Shown here in pieces: positions 8,883 to 17,260 of a DNA stretch of 64,000 nt. The translations under genes were made by a program, and so were the position numbers. The DNA comes from an uncultured Armatimonadia bacterium (GTDB lineage Bacteria > Armatimonadota > Zipacnadia > CAVVLO01), in NCBI GenBank assembly GCA_963749155.1, contig CAVVLO010000002.1, forward strand, positions 800,001 through 864,000, in the 5' to 3' direction. How positions within the stretch are numbered: the first letter of the stretch is position 1; each line of letters starts with the position of its first letter. The notes beneath the pieces are model-generated. The model did not search any database. It saw only the letters and a program-made list of their open reading frames with translations, and was not told the origin of the DNA.

Positions 8883-10559
8883 CTACTGGGCCGATTCGCG
8901 CACCAGCGCGTACAGCTCTTCCTGCGTGAAAATCCGCTCTTCACCACTGCGGATATCGACAACCTCAAGCCGGTCCGTGCAAGAGAAGCACGGGTCGATA
9001 CTGCCCAGAGAGATGGTCATGTCAGCGATCATCTGATCTTTTATCATCCCGGGCACGCCCTGCAGGTTCTGGTAGGTCGGGGCACGGACACGCCAGCGGC
9101 GCGGCCGGTTATCGTCACCGGTGATTACAAAGTGGTGGGCTTCGCCCCGGGGGGCTTCAACGGCGGACATCCCAAGTCGCCCAGCGGGCAGCTCGGAATC
9201 GATGTCCAGAGTAATCGGGCCATCGGGCATAAGAGCCAGCGACTGGCGGATAATCTTGATGGATTCCAGCACCTCGAGGGCGCGGACAATGATACGGCCC
9301 CAGACATCGGCCGAATCCTGAGTTATTACCTGGAAGTCCACCTTGTCATACGCCGCATACGGGTGATCTACACGATCGTCGATGGCTACGCCAGCCGCGC
9401 GCGCCACGGGGCCAAGCAGGCCCAGCGCTTTGCAGTCGGCAGGGGTAGCCACGCCAACGCCCTTGGTGCGGCGCTGGATGTTACGATCCTTGGCGATCAT
9501 CCCGACGACAGGCGTCCACTCTTTCTCGAGCTTGTCCATCAGCTCAAGGAGCTCGGTCTTCAGTTCGGGCGTGATGTCGAAGCGCACGCCGCCGATTACG
9601 CACAGGGCGTAAGTCTTGCGGTTGCCGCTTATCTTCTCGGAAATCCACATCACAGGCTCGCGGATCCGGAAGCTCTGCATAAACAGAGTGTCGAAGCCCA
9701 GGATATGGCACGCGAGGCCTGCCCAAAGCAGATGGCTGTGAAGACGCTCGATCTCGAGCATAATGGTCCGGATGAACTCGGCCCTTGGTGGCGCCTGGAT
9801 TGCCGCCGCCTGTTCGACAGCCTGGGCATATGCCACATTGTGGACGCAGCCGCAGATGCCACAGATGCGCTCTGCCAGCATCGGGATCTCGTTGTAGGTC
9901 AGGACCGAATCAGCGAGCTTCTCCACTCCGCGATGGACCATAAAGCCGCGGTATTCGCAGCCCTTCACGACCTCGCCCTCTACGAACAGGCGGAAGTGGC
10001 TCGGTTCGTCCAGGGTCGGGTGGAAAGGTCCGAACGGGACGACGACAGTGCCTTCTGGCGGATTATCGAAGTCGTAGGTCTTCGACGCGTCATAGGTATC
10101 CGGCACATTGTCCCAGCGCAAATCATGGCGCAGCGGATGAACATCCTCTGGCCAGCCATCGGGCAGCACCAGGCGCTTGGGGTTCGGATGCCCCTCGGGC
10201 ACGATACCGACCAGATCGCGGAACTCGCGCTCCGACCAGTTGGCGGCGGGAATAATATCCGCGATGCTGTCAATGACAGGATTCTCGCCATCGAGCAGCG
10301 TCAGGACGCTGATGAGGACATGGTCCTTGTCACAGGCGAAATCATGGGCGACCATAAACTTGCCCTGGGTCTCGCGCTCATCACAGCCGATGCCGACGCA
10401 ATAGCGAGCGTCCAGGTCCACGAAAAGGAACTGGCACACCTCGCGCACGGCTTTGGGCTCGATGTAGACGAACAAGCGGCCGTCGGCGGGGATGTCGGCC
10501 CGCTGGATCTTCAGGCCGAACCTCTCCTCAAGCTGCTTTTGGATGTCACGTGCTGTCAT
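8883..10559 (-). CDS. Group 4 [NiFe]-hydrogenase large subunit (HycE-like, NuoC-NuoD fusion)
   Basis: NuoC-like ERE..DLVG..GHP domain. L1 motif ERICGICGCVH and L2 motif DPCFSCTDR, followed by a cleavable C-terminal extension. Confidence 0.95.
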   Translation of the reverse strand: MTARDIQKQLEERFGLKIQRADIPADGRLFVYIEPKAVREVCQFLFVDLDARYCVGIGCDERETQGKFMVAHDFACDKDHVLISVLTLLDGENPVIDSIADIIPAANWSEREFRDLVGIVPEGHPNPKRLVLPDGWPEDVHPLRHDLRWDNVPDTYDASKTYDFDNPPEGTVVVPFGPFHPTLDEPSHFRLFVEGEVVKGCEYRGFMVHRGVEKLADSVLTYNEIPMLAERICGICGCVHNVAYAQAVEQAAAIQAPPRAEFIRTIMLEIERLHSHLLWAGLACHILGFDTLFMQSFRIREPVMWISEKISGNRKTYALCVIGGVRFDITPELKTELLELMDKLEKEWTPVVGMIAKDRNIQRRTKGVGVATPADCKALGLLGPVARAAGVAIDDRVDHPYAAYDKVDFQVITQDSADVWGRIIVRALEVLESIKIIRQSLALMPDGPITLDIDSELPAGRLGMSAVEAPRGEAHHFVITGDDNRPRRWRVRAPTYQNLQGVPGMIKDQMIADMTISLGSIDPCFSCTDRLEVVDIRSGEERIFTQEELYALVRESAQ

Positions 10560-10597
10560 AAGAGAGCACCTCTTCAGGCGCGTTGCGCCGCTAATAA

Positions 10598-12565
10598 CTA
10601 CTTGCTTTCGGGCTTCTCGTCCGACTTGTCGGCTGGCCCGTGAGCCTGGTGCTTGGGAGCGGCACCGACCCAGGTGAAATACTTCTTGAACTCGCCGTAA
10701 AGGTTGTGCGCGTTGTAGCGATACTCATCAGCATGGGTTACATAACCGCATAGCCAGGGAGTAGTAACGCGCCGTACCGCGCCCCCAACACGCGAGATAC
10801 CATAAACCAGCAGCATCAGGACCAGCACCACACCCGCCAGTACAAGAGGCGTGAAGGCTGCCATCTGCGGAAGGCCAACCCCCAGCAAGGTGTCGCCGGT
10901 GGGTACAGAGCTGGAAGTTATGAGCCTCTCGGCCAGGCCCTGGCGGCTTGCATTCATCGCGGCAAGGAACAGGCCGTAAGCCGCAGCGGGAGCGATACCG
11001 AGCAGCACGCAAAGCGCCCCAAGCAGTGACTGAGGTACCAGCATCGTCCAGTCGCCTTCCAGTTGGCCCTTCTCCTCGGCTTTGGCGTTTACCAGGTCAC
11101 TGCGACGCGACAGGAAAGTCACGCCGAAGAACTTCATAAACGAGGCCAGGGTCAGTGCGCTGGTAAGGATGGCGAACAGGCCGCATACCGCCAGATACTT
11201 GGCATCAGACGAGCCCAGGATGGTAGAGGCATAGATGGTCCACTTGCTGGCGAACCCATTGAAAAGCGGCACGCCGGCGATGCTGAAGGAAGCGATCAGC
11301 GTGAGCAACGCGGTCGCGGGCATCAGCTTGATCAGACCACCCAGCTTGTTCATATCCTGGGTATCGGTCGCATACATTACCGAGCCAGCGTTCAGGAAGA
11401 GCAGGCCCTTGAAGCACGCGTGGTTCACAGTGTGGAAAAGCGCGCCCAGCAGGCCGAAGCTGGCCAGTGTTTGCACTATCAGGTTGCTTTCGCCAGGCGC
11501 ATAAAGGGCGATTGCAGAGCCGATACCGAGCAGGATATAGCCAATCTGACCGATGCTGTGGAAGGCCAGCAGTCGCTTGGTTTGCTCCTGCTTGAGCGCC
11601 TGCATCGTGCCCACGAACAGAGTAATTGTACCGAGCACGGCGATAAGCATACCCCACTGGGCAGCGGGGAAGCTGTCAACTGCATCCTTCGGGATCATCC
11701 AAAGGAAGGTCCGCAGGATGCCGTAGATGCCAGTCTTGATCATTACGCCCGAAAGCAGCGCGCTAACAGGCGCGGGAGCCGCGGGGTGAGCGTCAGGCAG
11801 CCACCACTGGCCGAAGGGCCACATACCCGCCTTGATGCCGAAACCAACAAGCATCAGCATCAGTGCGCCCAGTACGATGCCTCCGCCCTGATTTTGGAGC
11901 ATCCAGCCCAGGTTGTGGGCGATGGCTTCGAAATCAAACTTGCCGATTGTCTCCGCGCCGAGGGTAATCTTGCTGCCAGTATCGCCCAGCATATAAGCCC
12001 CGGCCATAACCAGCAGCACCGAGAGTTCCATAAAGAACAGATATTTGTTGGCGGCGGCGACGTTGGACTTGACTTTGTTCTCGTACCGGATGAGCGCATA
12101 ACTGGTCAGCGTCATCAGTTGCCAGAAAAGGCAGAAATACAGCATCAGGTCAGTGGTTGTGACTATCCCGTACATACCCGCGATGAAGAGCAGGAAGTAA
12201 GGATAATACCGGCCGGCGCCATATTCCTTATAATGTTCCATATACTTGATCGAGAAGAGCGCCGCCATCACCGCGACAACCGCGATAATGCCGATAAACA
12301 GACCGCTCAGCCCGTCTATATACAGGCGCAGTGCCGTCCCGTTGACCAGTCCGTCAAAGAAGGTGCGAGCCTCACCCGCCTGTCCGCTGACCAGTACTCG
12401 GCCGACGCCGACAAGCGCCAGGAAGCTCGAGGCGGCAGTCGCCAGAAAAGCGAGCCAGCCCGCAATGCGCTTGCTACCAGAAACGAGCAAGGTAAGCACC
12501 GCGCCAGCCACCAGTATCCCAAAGGCATACAGCATGCAATCAATAGCTGTCATCGTAGCGTGCAC
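10598..12565 (-). CDS. Antiporter-like membrane subunit (HycC/HyfB/EchA/NuoL-like)
   Basis: GFGIKAG..P...WLPDAHPAAPAPVSALLSGVMIK, KRLLAFHSI, GVPLFNGFASKW; highly hydrophobic. Confidence 0.94.
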   Translation of the reverse strand: MHATMTAIDCMLYAFGILVAGAVLTLLVSGSKRIAGWLAFLATAASSFLALVGVGRVLVSGQAGEARTFFDGLVNGTALRLYIDGLSGLFIGIIAVVAVMAALFSIKYMEHYKEYGAGRYYPYFLLFIAGMYGIVTTTDLMLYFCLFWQLMTLTSYALIRYENKVKSNVAAANKYLFFMELSVLLVMAGAYMLGDTGSKITLGAETIGKFDFEAIAHNLGWMLQNQGGGIVLGALMLMLVGFGIKAGMWPFGQWWLPDAHPAAPAPVSALLSGVMIKTGIYGILRTFLWMIPKDAVDSFPAAQWGMLIAVLGTITLFVGTMQALKQEQTKRLLAFHSIGQIGYILLGIGSAIALYAPGESNLIVQTLASFGLLGALFHTVNHACFKGLLFLNAGSVMYATDTQDMNKLGGLIKLMPATALLTLIASFSIAGVPLFNGFASKWTIYASTILGSSDAKYLAVCGLFAILTSALTLASFMKFFGVTFLSRRSDLVNAKAEEKGQLEGDWTMLVPQSLLGALCVLLGIAPAAAYGLFLAAMNASRQGLAERLITSSSVPTGDTLLGVGLPQMAAFTPLVLAGVVLVLMLLVYGISRVGGAVRRVTTPWLCGYVTHADEYRYNAHNLYGEFKKYFTWVGAAPKHQAHGPADKSDEKPESK

Positions 12566-12577
12566 CCCAGACTTCCG

Positions 12578-13060
12578 TTACGCCGTTTGGCTAAGAATCT
12601 TGTCCAGTAACTCCGCCAGAAGGCGGACGGTCTCTTCGATCACGGGGCTAAGCCCCGGTCCCTTCAAAGAGGCTGGCTGGGCTCCCAGTAAACTGACTTT
12701 CGGCCCCTCATCCGCCTCGATAAGCCTGGCCAGTGTCCCCAGCGACAGTTTATGGGTCGAAAACTGGGGAAACCGGCTCACCAGTTGCTCGGCGGAGAGT
12801 ACCACCACTGCCCCTGGCGCGGCTCCAACTTCAACAGCATCAAGCAGTATTACCGCATCCCAGCCGCCGGCTCGTACCTGGCCCGTATGGGCCTCTGGCG
12901 TCGTACCTGCCAGCACCACTTCGGCAAGGCCGCGCTGCTCGAGCGCTTCTCCCAGGCTCGGTCCGAACCCATCGTCACCGTGGTCCGGATTCCCGATTGC
13001 AATAAAGCAGACTCGCCCGGCCAGCCTGCTCCTGAGCTCGACATCGAGTGCCTGGCTCAA
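12578..13060 (-). CDS. Hydrogenase maturation endopeptidase (HycI-like)
   Basis: IGNPDHGDDGFG, TPE, LLDAVEVGAAPG, FSTH motifs. Confidence 0.9.
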   Translation of the reverse strand: MSQALDVELRSRLAGRVCFIAIGNPDHGDDGFGPSLGEALEQRGLAEVVLAGTTPEAHTGQVRAGGWDAVILLDAVEVGAAPGAVVVLSAEQLVSRFPQFSTHKLSLGTLARLIEADEGPKVSLLGAQPASLKGPGLSPVIEETVRLLAELLDKILSQTA

Positions 13061-13911
13061 ATCTCCTCGCCGAGTTTCTGGATCTGTTCAAGAGTGTAAA
13101 CAGGTCCATCTACGCAGACATATGAGACGCCGATACAGCAATGGCCACACTTGCCGATACCGCACTTCATATAGCGCTCGAGCGTCGAGACGATGTGCTT
13201 GTCCTCGAAGCCCATCTCTTTCAGGTCCTTGAGCACGAAGCGGAACATAATGGGCGGGCCGCAGACGAAGGCCGTAGTGTTGTCGACCGGCACATCCACG
13301 TTGTCCAGCTTGAACAGCGAACCGACGACGCCTACGTTGCCGCTCCAGCCCTCATCGCCCCGGTCAACGGTCAGCAAGCACTCCAGCTTGCCTTCCTGCT
13401 GCCAGCGCGCCAGGTCCTCGGTATACATTAAGTCTTTGGGCGTACGCGCCCCGTAGAAGACCTGCACCTTGTCGAACTTGTCGCGGTTGTCCAGCGCGTA
13501 CACGATGCAAGAGCGAAGCGGGATAAGCCCGATACCACCGGCCACGAACACCAGGTTGCGGCCATAGTACTCGCTCATATCGAAGCCGTTGCCGTAAGGG
13601 CCGCGCACCGCGAACTTGTCGCCAGGCTTTAGCTGATGCAGCGCGTGAGAAACCGCCCCCACGTCTCGCACCGTGAAGAAGAGCTTCTCCTCGGAGGGAC
13701 TCGGCGGTAGCGAGGCCGGAAATTCCCCTGCGCCAAACACGTTTACCTGGGCGAACTGCCCGGGCTTGAAATTGCTGTGGAAATATTCCTGCTCTGCCGG
13801 ATCCTCATAATGCCAGTAGAAGGTCTTTACCTCTGCGATATCGTCCTGCACGGCATCCAGGATTGCTAGCTTGGGCAGATAGGCATTCTCGTCACGTTGC
13901 GGCTGGCTCAT
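13057..13911 (-). CDS. FAD/NAD(P)-binding [2Fe-2S] subunit (AsrB / sulfhydrogenase gamma HydG-like)
   Basis: PGQF, RGPYGNGF, AGGIGLIP, CGPPIM, MKCGIGKCGHC...CVDGPV. Confidence 0.92.
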   Translation of the reverse strand: MSQPQRDENAYLPKLAILDAVQDDIAEVKTFYWHYEDPAEQEYFHSNFKPGQFAQVNVFGAGEFPASLPPSPSEEKLFFTVRDVGAVSHALHQLKPGDKFAVRGPYGNGFDMSEYYGRNLVFVAGGIGLIPLRSCIVYALDNRDKFDKVQVFYGARTPKDLMYTEDLARWQQEGKLECLLTVDRGDEGWSGNVGVVGSLFKLDNVDVPVDNTTAFVCGPPIMFRFVLKDLKEMGFEDKHIVSTLERYMKCGIGKCGHCCIGVSYVCVDGPVYTLEQIQKLGEEI

Positions 13912-14986
13912 TTTCGACGCTCCCCGCGGTTTCTCTCCGAATGATCTCGACTACATTGGGCATACCTATATCGCCATGACAGACGGCGATGCAGCGCCCG
14001 CAGCCCACGCACGCTACCGACAGCTCTCTTTGCAGGAAATAATGGGCCAGCTTCCTGAAGAAACGCCGGTTGCGCCTGTCATGCACGGCCTTGCGCGGGT
14101 TGTGGCCACCGGCCATCCGCGTAAAACCTGACAGCGCGCACGCATCCCAGATGCGCACCCGCTCTACCTTGCCCTCGCCCACGTTGCGATCGCTGACAGT
14201 GAAGCAGGTGCAGGTCGGGCAGACATAGCTGCAGCCGCCGCACTCGAGGCACCGATTGCCGATCTCTTCCCAGGTATCTTCGCTGATGCCGCCCTTGGTG
14301 ATATAGCGAGTGGCAGCCGAATACCAGCTTGTCGGCACCTTGAAATGCTTGCGCGCCTCTTCGAGAAGGTCATGGCGCTTTTTCACGTGTTCGGGGGTCG
14401 CTTTCGTGAACATGGGATTCTCGAAAAGCTTCTCGCCCTTCTCGCTCCCTGCGACGACCAGCACCTCTTCGCCCAAATCCATAAGTTGCAGGTCGAAGTG
14501 GTCGCGAGCAGCCGGCCCGGTGTCGGCGCAAACGCAGAAACAGTCTCTGTCGATGTCTACGCCAACTTCGGTGCAGACCACATTGACCAGGAAAAGGTTC
14601 TCCCTGAGCTTCTTGTAGTACAAATCGTTGAAATCCCGCCCCAGGTAGAAACGATCAAGGTGATAGATACCCGCCACATCGCATGACCGGATGCCGAATA
14701 TGGCGCGCTTCGGCTCGTCGTAGGTGGGGGTAATCTCCACGTTGCCCTCGGCCATACGCATTTCCATCAGCCGCTGGATATGCGGCAGGACGTAGCGCTT
14801 GGCGGGATAATAAGGATTACGCACGTGCAGCTTCAGGTCGGCCTTGTTGGCTTCGGTGACCGGCTCGTAAGCGCTGTCGCGACCGCGACCCTCGAAGGGG
14901 GCGACGACCTCGTAGCCCTGCTCCTCGAGCAGGTCAACGATCTTGAACACGTCGCTCTTGGCTACGATTCTAGCGCGCATCGTCAA
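13892..14986 (-). CDS. Poly-[4Fe-4S] subunit (AsrA / sulfhydrogenase beta HydB-like)
   Basis: FGIRSCD, CFC, CLECGGCSYVCPTCTC, WDAC, CVGCGRCIAVC. Confidence 0.9.
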   Translation of the reverse strand: MTMRARIVAKSDVFKIVDLLEEQGYEVVAPFEGRGRDSAYEPVTEANKADLKLHVRNPYYPAKRYVLPHIQRLMEMRMAEGNVEITPTYDEPKRAIFGIRSCDVAGIYHLDRFYLGRDFNDLYYKKLRENLFLVNVVCTEVGVDIDRDCFCVCADTGPAARDHFDLQLMDLGEEVLVVAGSEKGEKLFENPMFTKATPEHVKKRHDLLEEARKHFKVPTSWYSAATRYITKGGISEDTWEEIGNRCLECGGCSYVCPTCTCFTVSDRNVGEGKVERVRIWDACALSGFTRMAGGHNPRKAVHDRRNRRFFRKLAHYFLQRELSVACVGCGRCIAVCHGDIGMPNVVEIIRRETAGSVENEPAAT

Positions 14987-17016
14987 ACCATCTCCAGTTT
15001 CACGCAGACGGGGCCGCGCAGCGTTGTCTCGTTGCAGGGCTTGCCCCCGAGCAACTGCTGCGTGACTTCGCCCAGGAAATACGGCACGAAGATCATCCCG
15101 CGTTTGACCTCACTGGTAAGACGCACCGCCACCTGGGCCGAACCGTCGGCCGAGGTCAACTGTACCTTCTGCCCATCGCGTACTTTGAGGTCGCGAGCAT
15201 CGTCCGGATTAAGCTCCACGAAGCCCTCGGGATAATCCAGCAAGAGCATCCGGTATTCGCGTTTCAAGGTTTCGCTGTGCAAAATGAGCGCGTTGCGATG
15301 CCAGTAGTAAAGCGAATGACCGAACATTAGCGAGAAGGGGAAATCTTCGGTCGCGCAGGGTATAGCTCCTGGCCGCGAGACCGCAGAAAACTTGAAAAGC
15401 TTGCCCTGAATGCCATCCTCATACAAGAAGCGCGTGCCATTGGGCTTGCTCTTTGTAACAGGCCACTGCCTGCCATAATCGGAGACCAGGTTATCGTAAT
15501 TCGCCGCTTCATAGGCAGGCACAGCCTGGCCTATCTCGTTCATAATGGCCGCCGAGTTTGCATACGTCCAGTTTGCGCCGAGTTTGTTTGCGACTTCTTC
15601 GATCTGCTTCCAGGCAGTGATGGTACCCTCCAGAGGATCCTTAACCTGGGTGGCAAGCTGGATGCGCCGCTCGGTGCTGGTGAAAGTTACGGTTTCTTCG
15701 CCGAAGGCGTTCAGCGGGAGGATGACATCCGCAAGTTCGGCGGTTTCGGTCATAAAGAGCTGCTGCATTACGATGAAGTCGAGTTTGGCGAGGGCTGCTT
15801 TGGCATTGCAGTAGACGCCTGTGATGACTGCGTCATGGCGGTCCAGCCACAGTGCTTTCAGCTTGTCGCCAGCCAGCACGGTAAGCATCGCGCGCGCTGT
15901 TGCGCCTTCTGTCTCGGGCAGTTTGCAGCCCCAGAGGCTTTCCAGCCTGGAACGATCTTCGGCCGACTCGACCTTGCCATAACCAGGCAGCAGGTTGGGC
16001 AGCATACCCATATCGCAGATACCCTGCAGGTTGTTTTGCTCTGTCAGTGACATAACCCCGGCGCCTTCTTTGCCGATATTTCCAGTCAGCAAAGCCAGGT
16101 TGGCGATTGACTCTACGGAGCTGGCTCCGCGCGCCTCGACGCCGGTCGAATAGAGGATCATCGCTTTGCCAGCCGAGGCGAAAGCTACGGCGGCCTGCTC
16201 GATGAGCTGGGCGTCCACGCCGCACTGCTCTGCGGCATAAAGCACATCATAGGCATTGATGTTTTCGCGGAAGGCGTCCCAGTCCTGACAATGGGCCTTG
16301 ATGAAGTCCAGGTCCATAAGCCCGCGGTCTATGATGACCTTGGCCATTGCGCCATAGAGCAGCGTGTCCGAGCCGGGGCGCAGTTGCAGGAAGTAGTCGG
16401 CATGCTCTGCGATGCGATGCTTGCGCGGGTCAATGACGATAACCTTGGCCCCCGCGAGTCTGGCTCTGATTACCCAGCCCCCGATTGTGGGAAGCTGCTT
16501 GGCCAGGTCTACACCGTTGATGAGGATGACGTCGGTCTTGGCGATATCGGCGATAGAGTTCGTCGAGGCGGGTATCCCGAGTTGATCCTGCAGCACTTCG
16601 ATGCTGTTATGCCTGTGGATGCCAGTCCCATGGTCGACGTTATTGGTGCCGATTATGGTCCTGCCCAGCTTCTGCAGCAGATAGGTCTCCTCATTGGAGC
16701 AGCGACCAGAGTTCAGGAAGCCGATGGCGTCGGGCCCATACTGGCTCTTGATCTGGCTCAGGCGCTCGGCAATGTAGCTGTAAGCTTCATCCCAGCTAAC
16801 CTGCTCGAACTTGCCTTCCCGCTTGATAAGCGGGTACCTGAGTCGATCTTGAGCGCTGGCTACTTCGTGCACGTTCCAGCCGCGGACACAAATCCTGCCC
16901 TCGTTGGCGGGGTGCGACATACTGGGATAGGCTCCGGTTACGTCGTTGCCCTGGGTCTCGAGGTAGATGCCGCAGCCCACACCACAGAACGTGCAGGTGG
17001 TTAACTTGTGGGCCAT
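14983..17016 (-). CDS. FdhF/FdhA-like molybdopterin oxidoreductase family protein lacking formate dehydrogenase catalytic residues
   Basis: CTFCGVGC...C N-terminal [4Fe-4S] motif, QNNLQG..DMG, TFTSTERRIQ, C-terminal molybdopterin-dinucleotide domain. The active-site segment reads NNVDHGTGIHRH instead of NNVDxCARxC/UH. Confidence 0.88.
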   Translation of the reverse strand: MAHKLTTCTFCGVGCGIYLETQGNDVTGAYPSMSHPANEGRICVRGWNVHEVASAQDRLRYPLIKREGKFEQVSWDEAYSYIAERLSQIKSQYGPDAIGFLNSGRCSNEETYLLQKLGRTIIGTNNVDHGTGIHRHNSIEVLQDQLGIPASTNSIADIAKTDVILINGVDLAKQLPTIGGWVIRARLAGAKVIVIDPRKHRIAEHADYFLQLRPGSDTLLYGAMAKVIIDRGLMDLDFIKAHCQDWDAFRENINAYDVLYAAEQCGVDAQLIEQAAVAFASAGKAMILYSTGVEARGASSVESIANLALLTGNIGKEGAGVMSLTEQNNLQGICDMGMLPNLLPGYGKVESAEDRSRLESLWGCKLPETEGATARAMLTVLAGDKLKALWLDRHDAVITGVYCNAKAALAKLDFIVMQQLFMTETAELADVILPLNAFGEETVTFTSTERRIQLATQVKDPLEGTITAWKQIEEVANKLGANWTYANSAAIMNEIGQAVPAYEAANYDNLVSDYGRQWPVTKSKPNGTRFLYEDGIQGKLFKFSAVSRPGAIPCATEDFPFSLMFGHSLYYWHRNALILHSETLKREYRMLLLDYPEGFVELNPDDARDLKVRDGQKVQLTSADGSAQVAVRLTSEVKRGMIFVPYFLGEVTQQLLGGKPCNETTLRGPVCVKLEMV

Positions 17017-17110
17017 ATCAGACGCCCCTTTCGAAGGCACTTGTATGCCTTTCGGTGGAATCGCGTCGGGTGGGCGTGGAAGACCGCGCTTACGCTAACC
17101 CGAACGGCAA

Positions 17111-17138
17111 ATTATACACGCCTCACAACCGGTGTCAA
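17111..17138 (-). promoter_or_regulatory. Sigma70-type promoter of the hydrogenase operon
   Basis: Minus strand reads TTGACA-16 nt-TATAAT, about 95 nt upstream of the FdhF-like start. Confidence 0.8.
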
Positions 17139-17260
17139 CCGATTTCGAGGCGTTGGGAGAAGGTTTCGCCGGGCCTTTTCCATCCCCTGCCCACCCCAGG
17201 CAGGGAGAATCACCCAAAGAGCGAACTACTTTTTTATCTATCACTTCAGGATGAGGCGCG

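Noticed and set aside
6812..12565. NADH:quinone oxidoreductase (complex I) or Mbx/Ehr-type non-hydrogenase call
   Set aside because: The large subunit has both CxxC Ni-binding motifs and a cleavable tail, and HycI and hypA-F are adjacent.
9132..12610. Long plus-strand ORFs (503 aa and 515 aa) opposite the hydrogenase genes, and similar antisense ORFs elsewhere
   Set aside because: They are shadow frames of GC-rich, codon-biased genes, with no motifs, RBS or independent support.
16600..16650. Selenocysteine (TGA) recoding in the FdhF-like gene
   Set aside because: No in-frame TGA; the ligand position is a His codon in an uninterrupted ORF.
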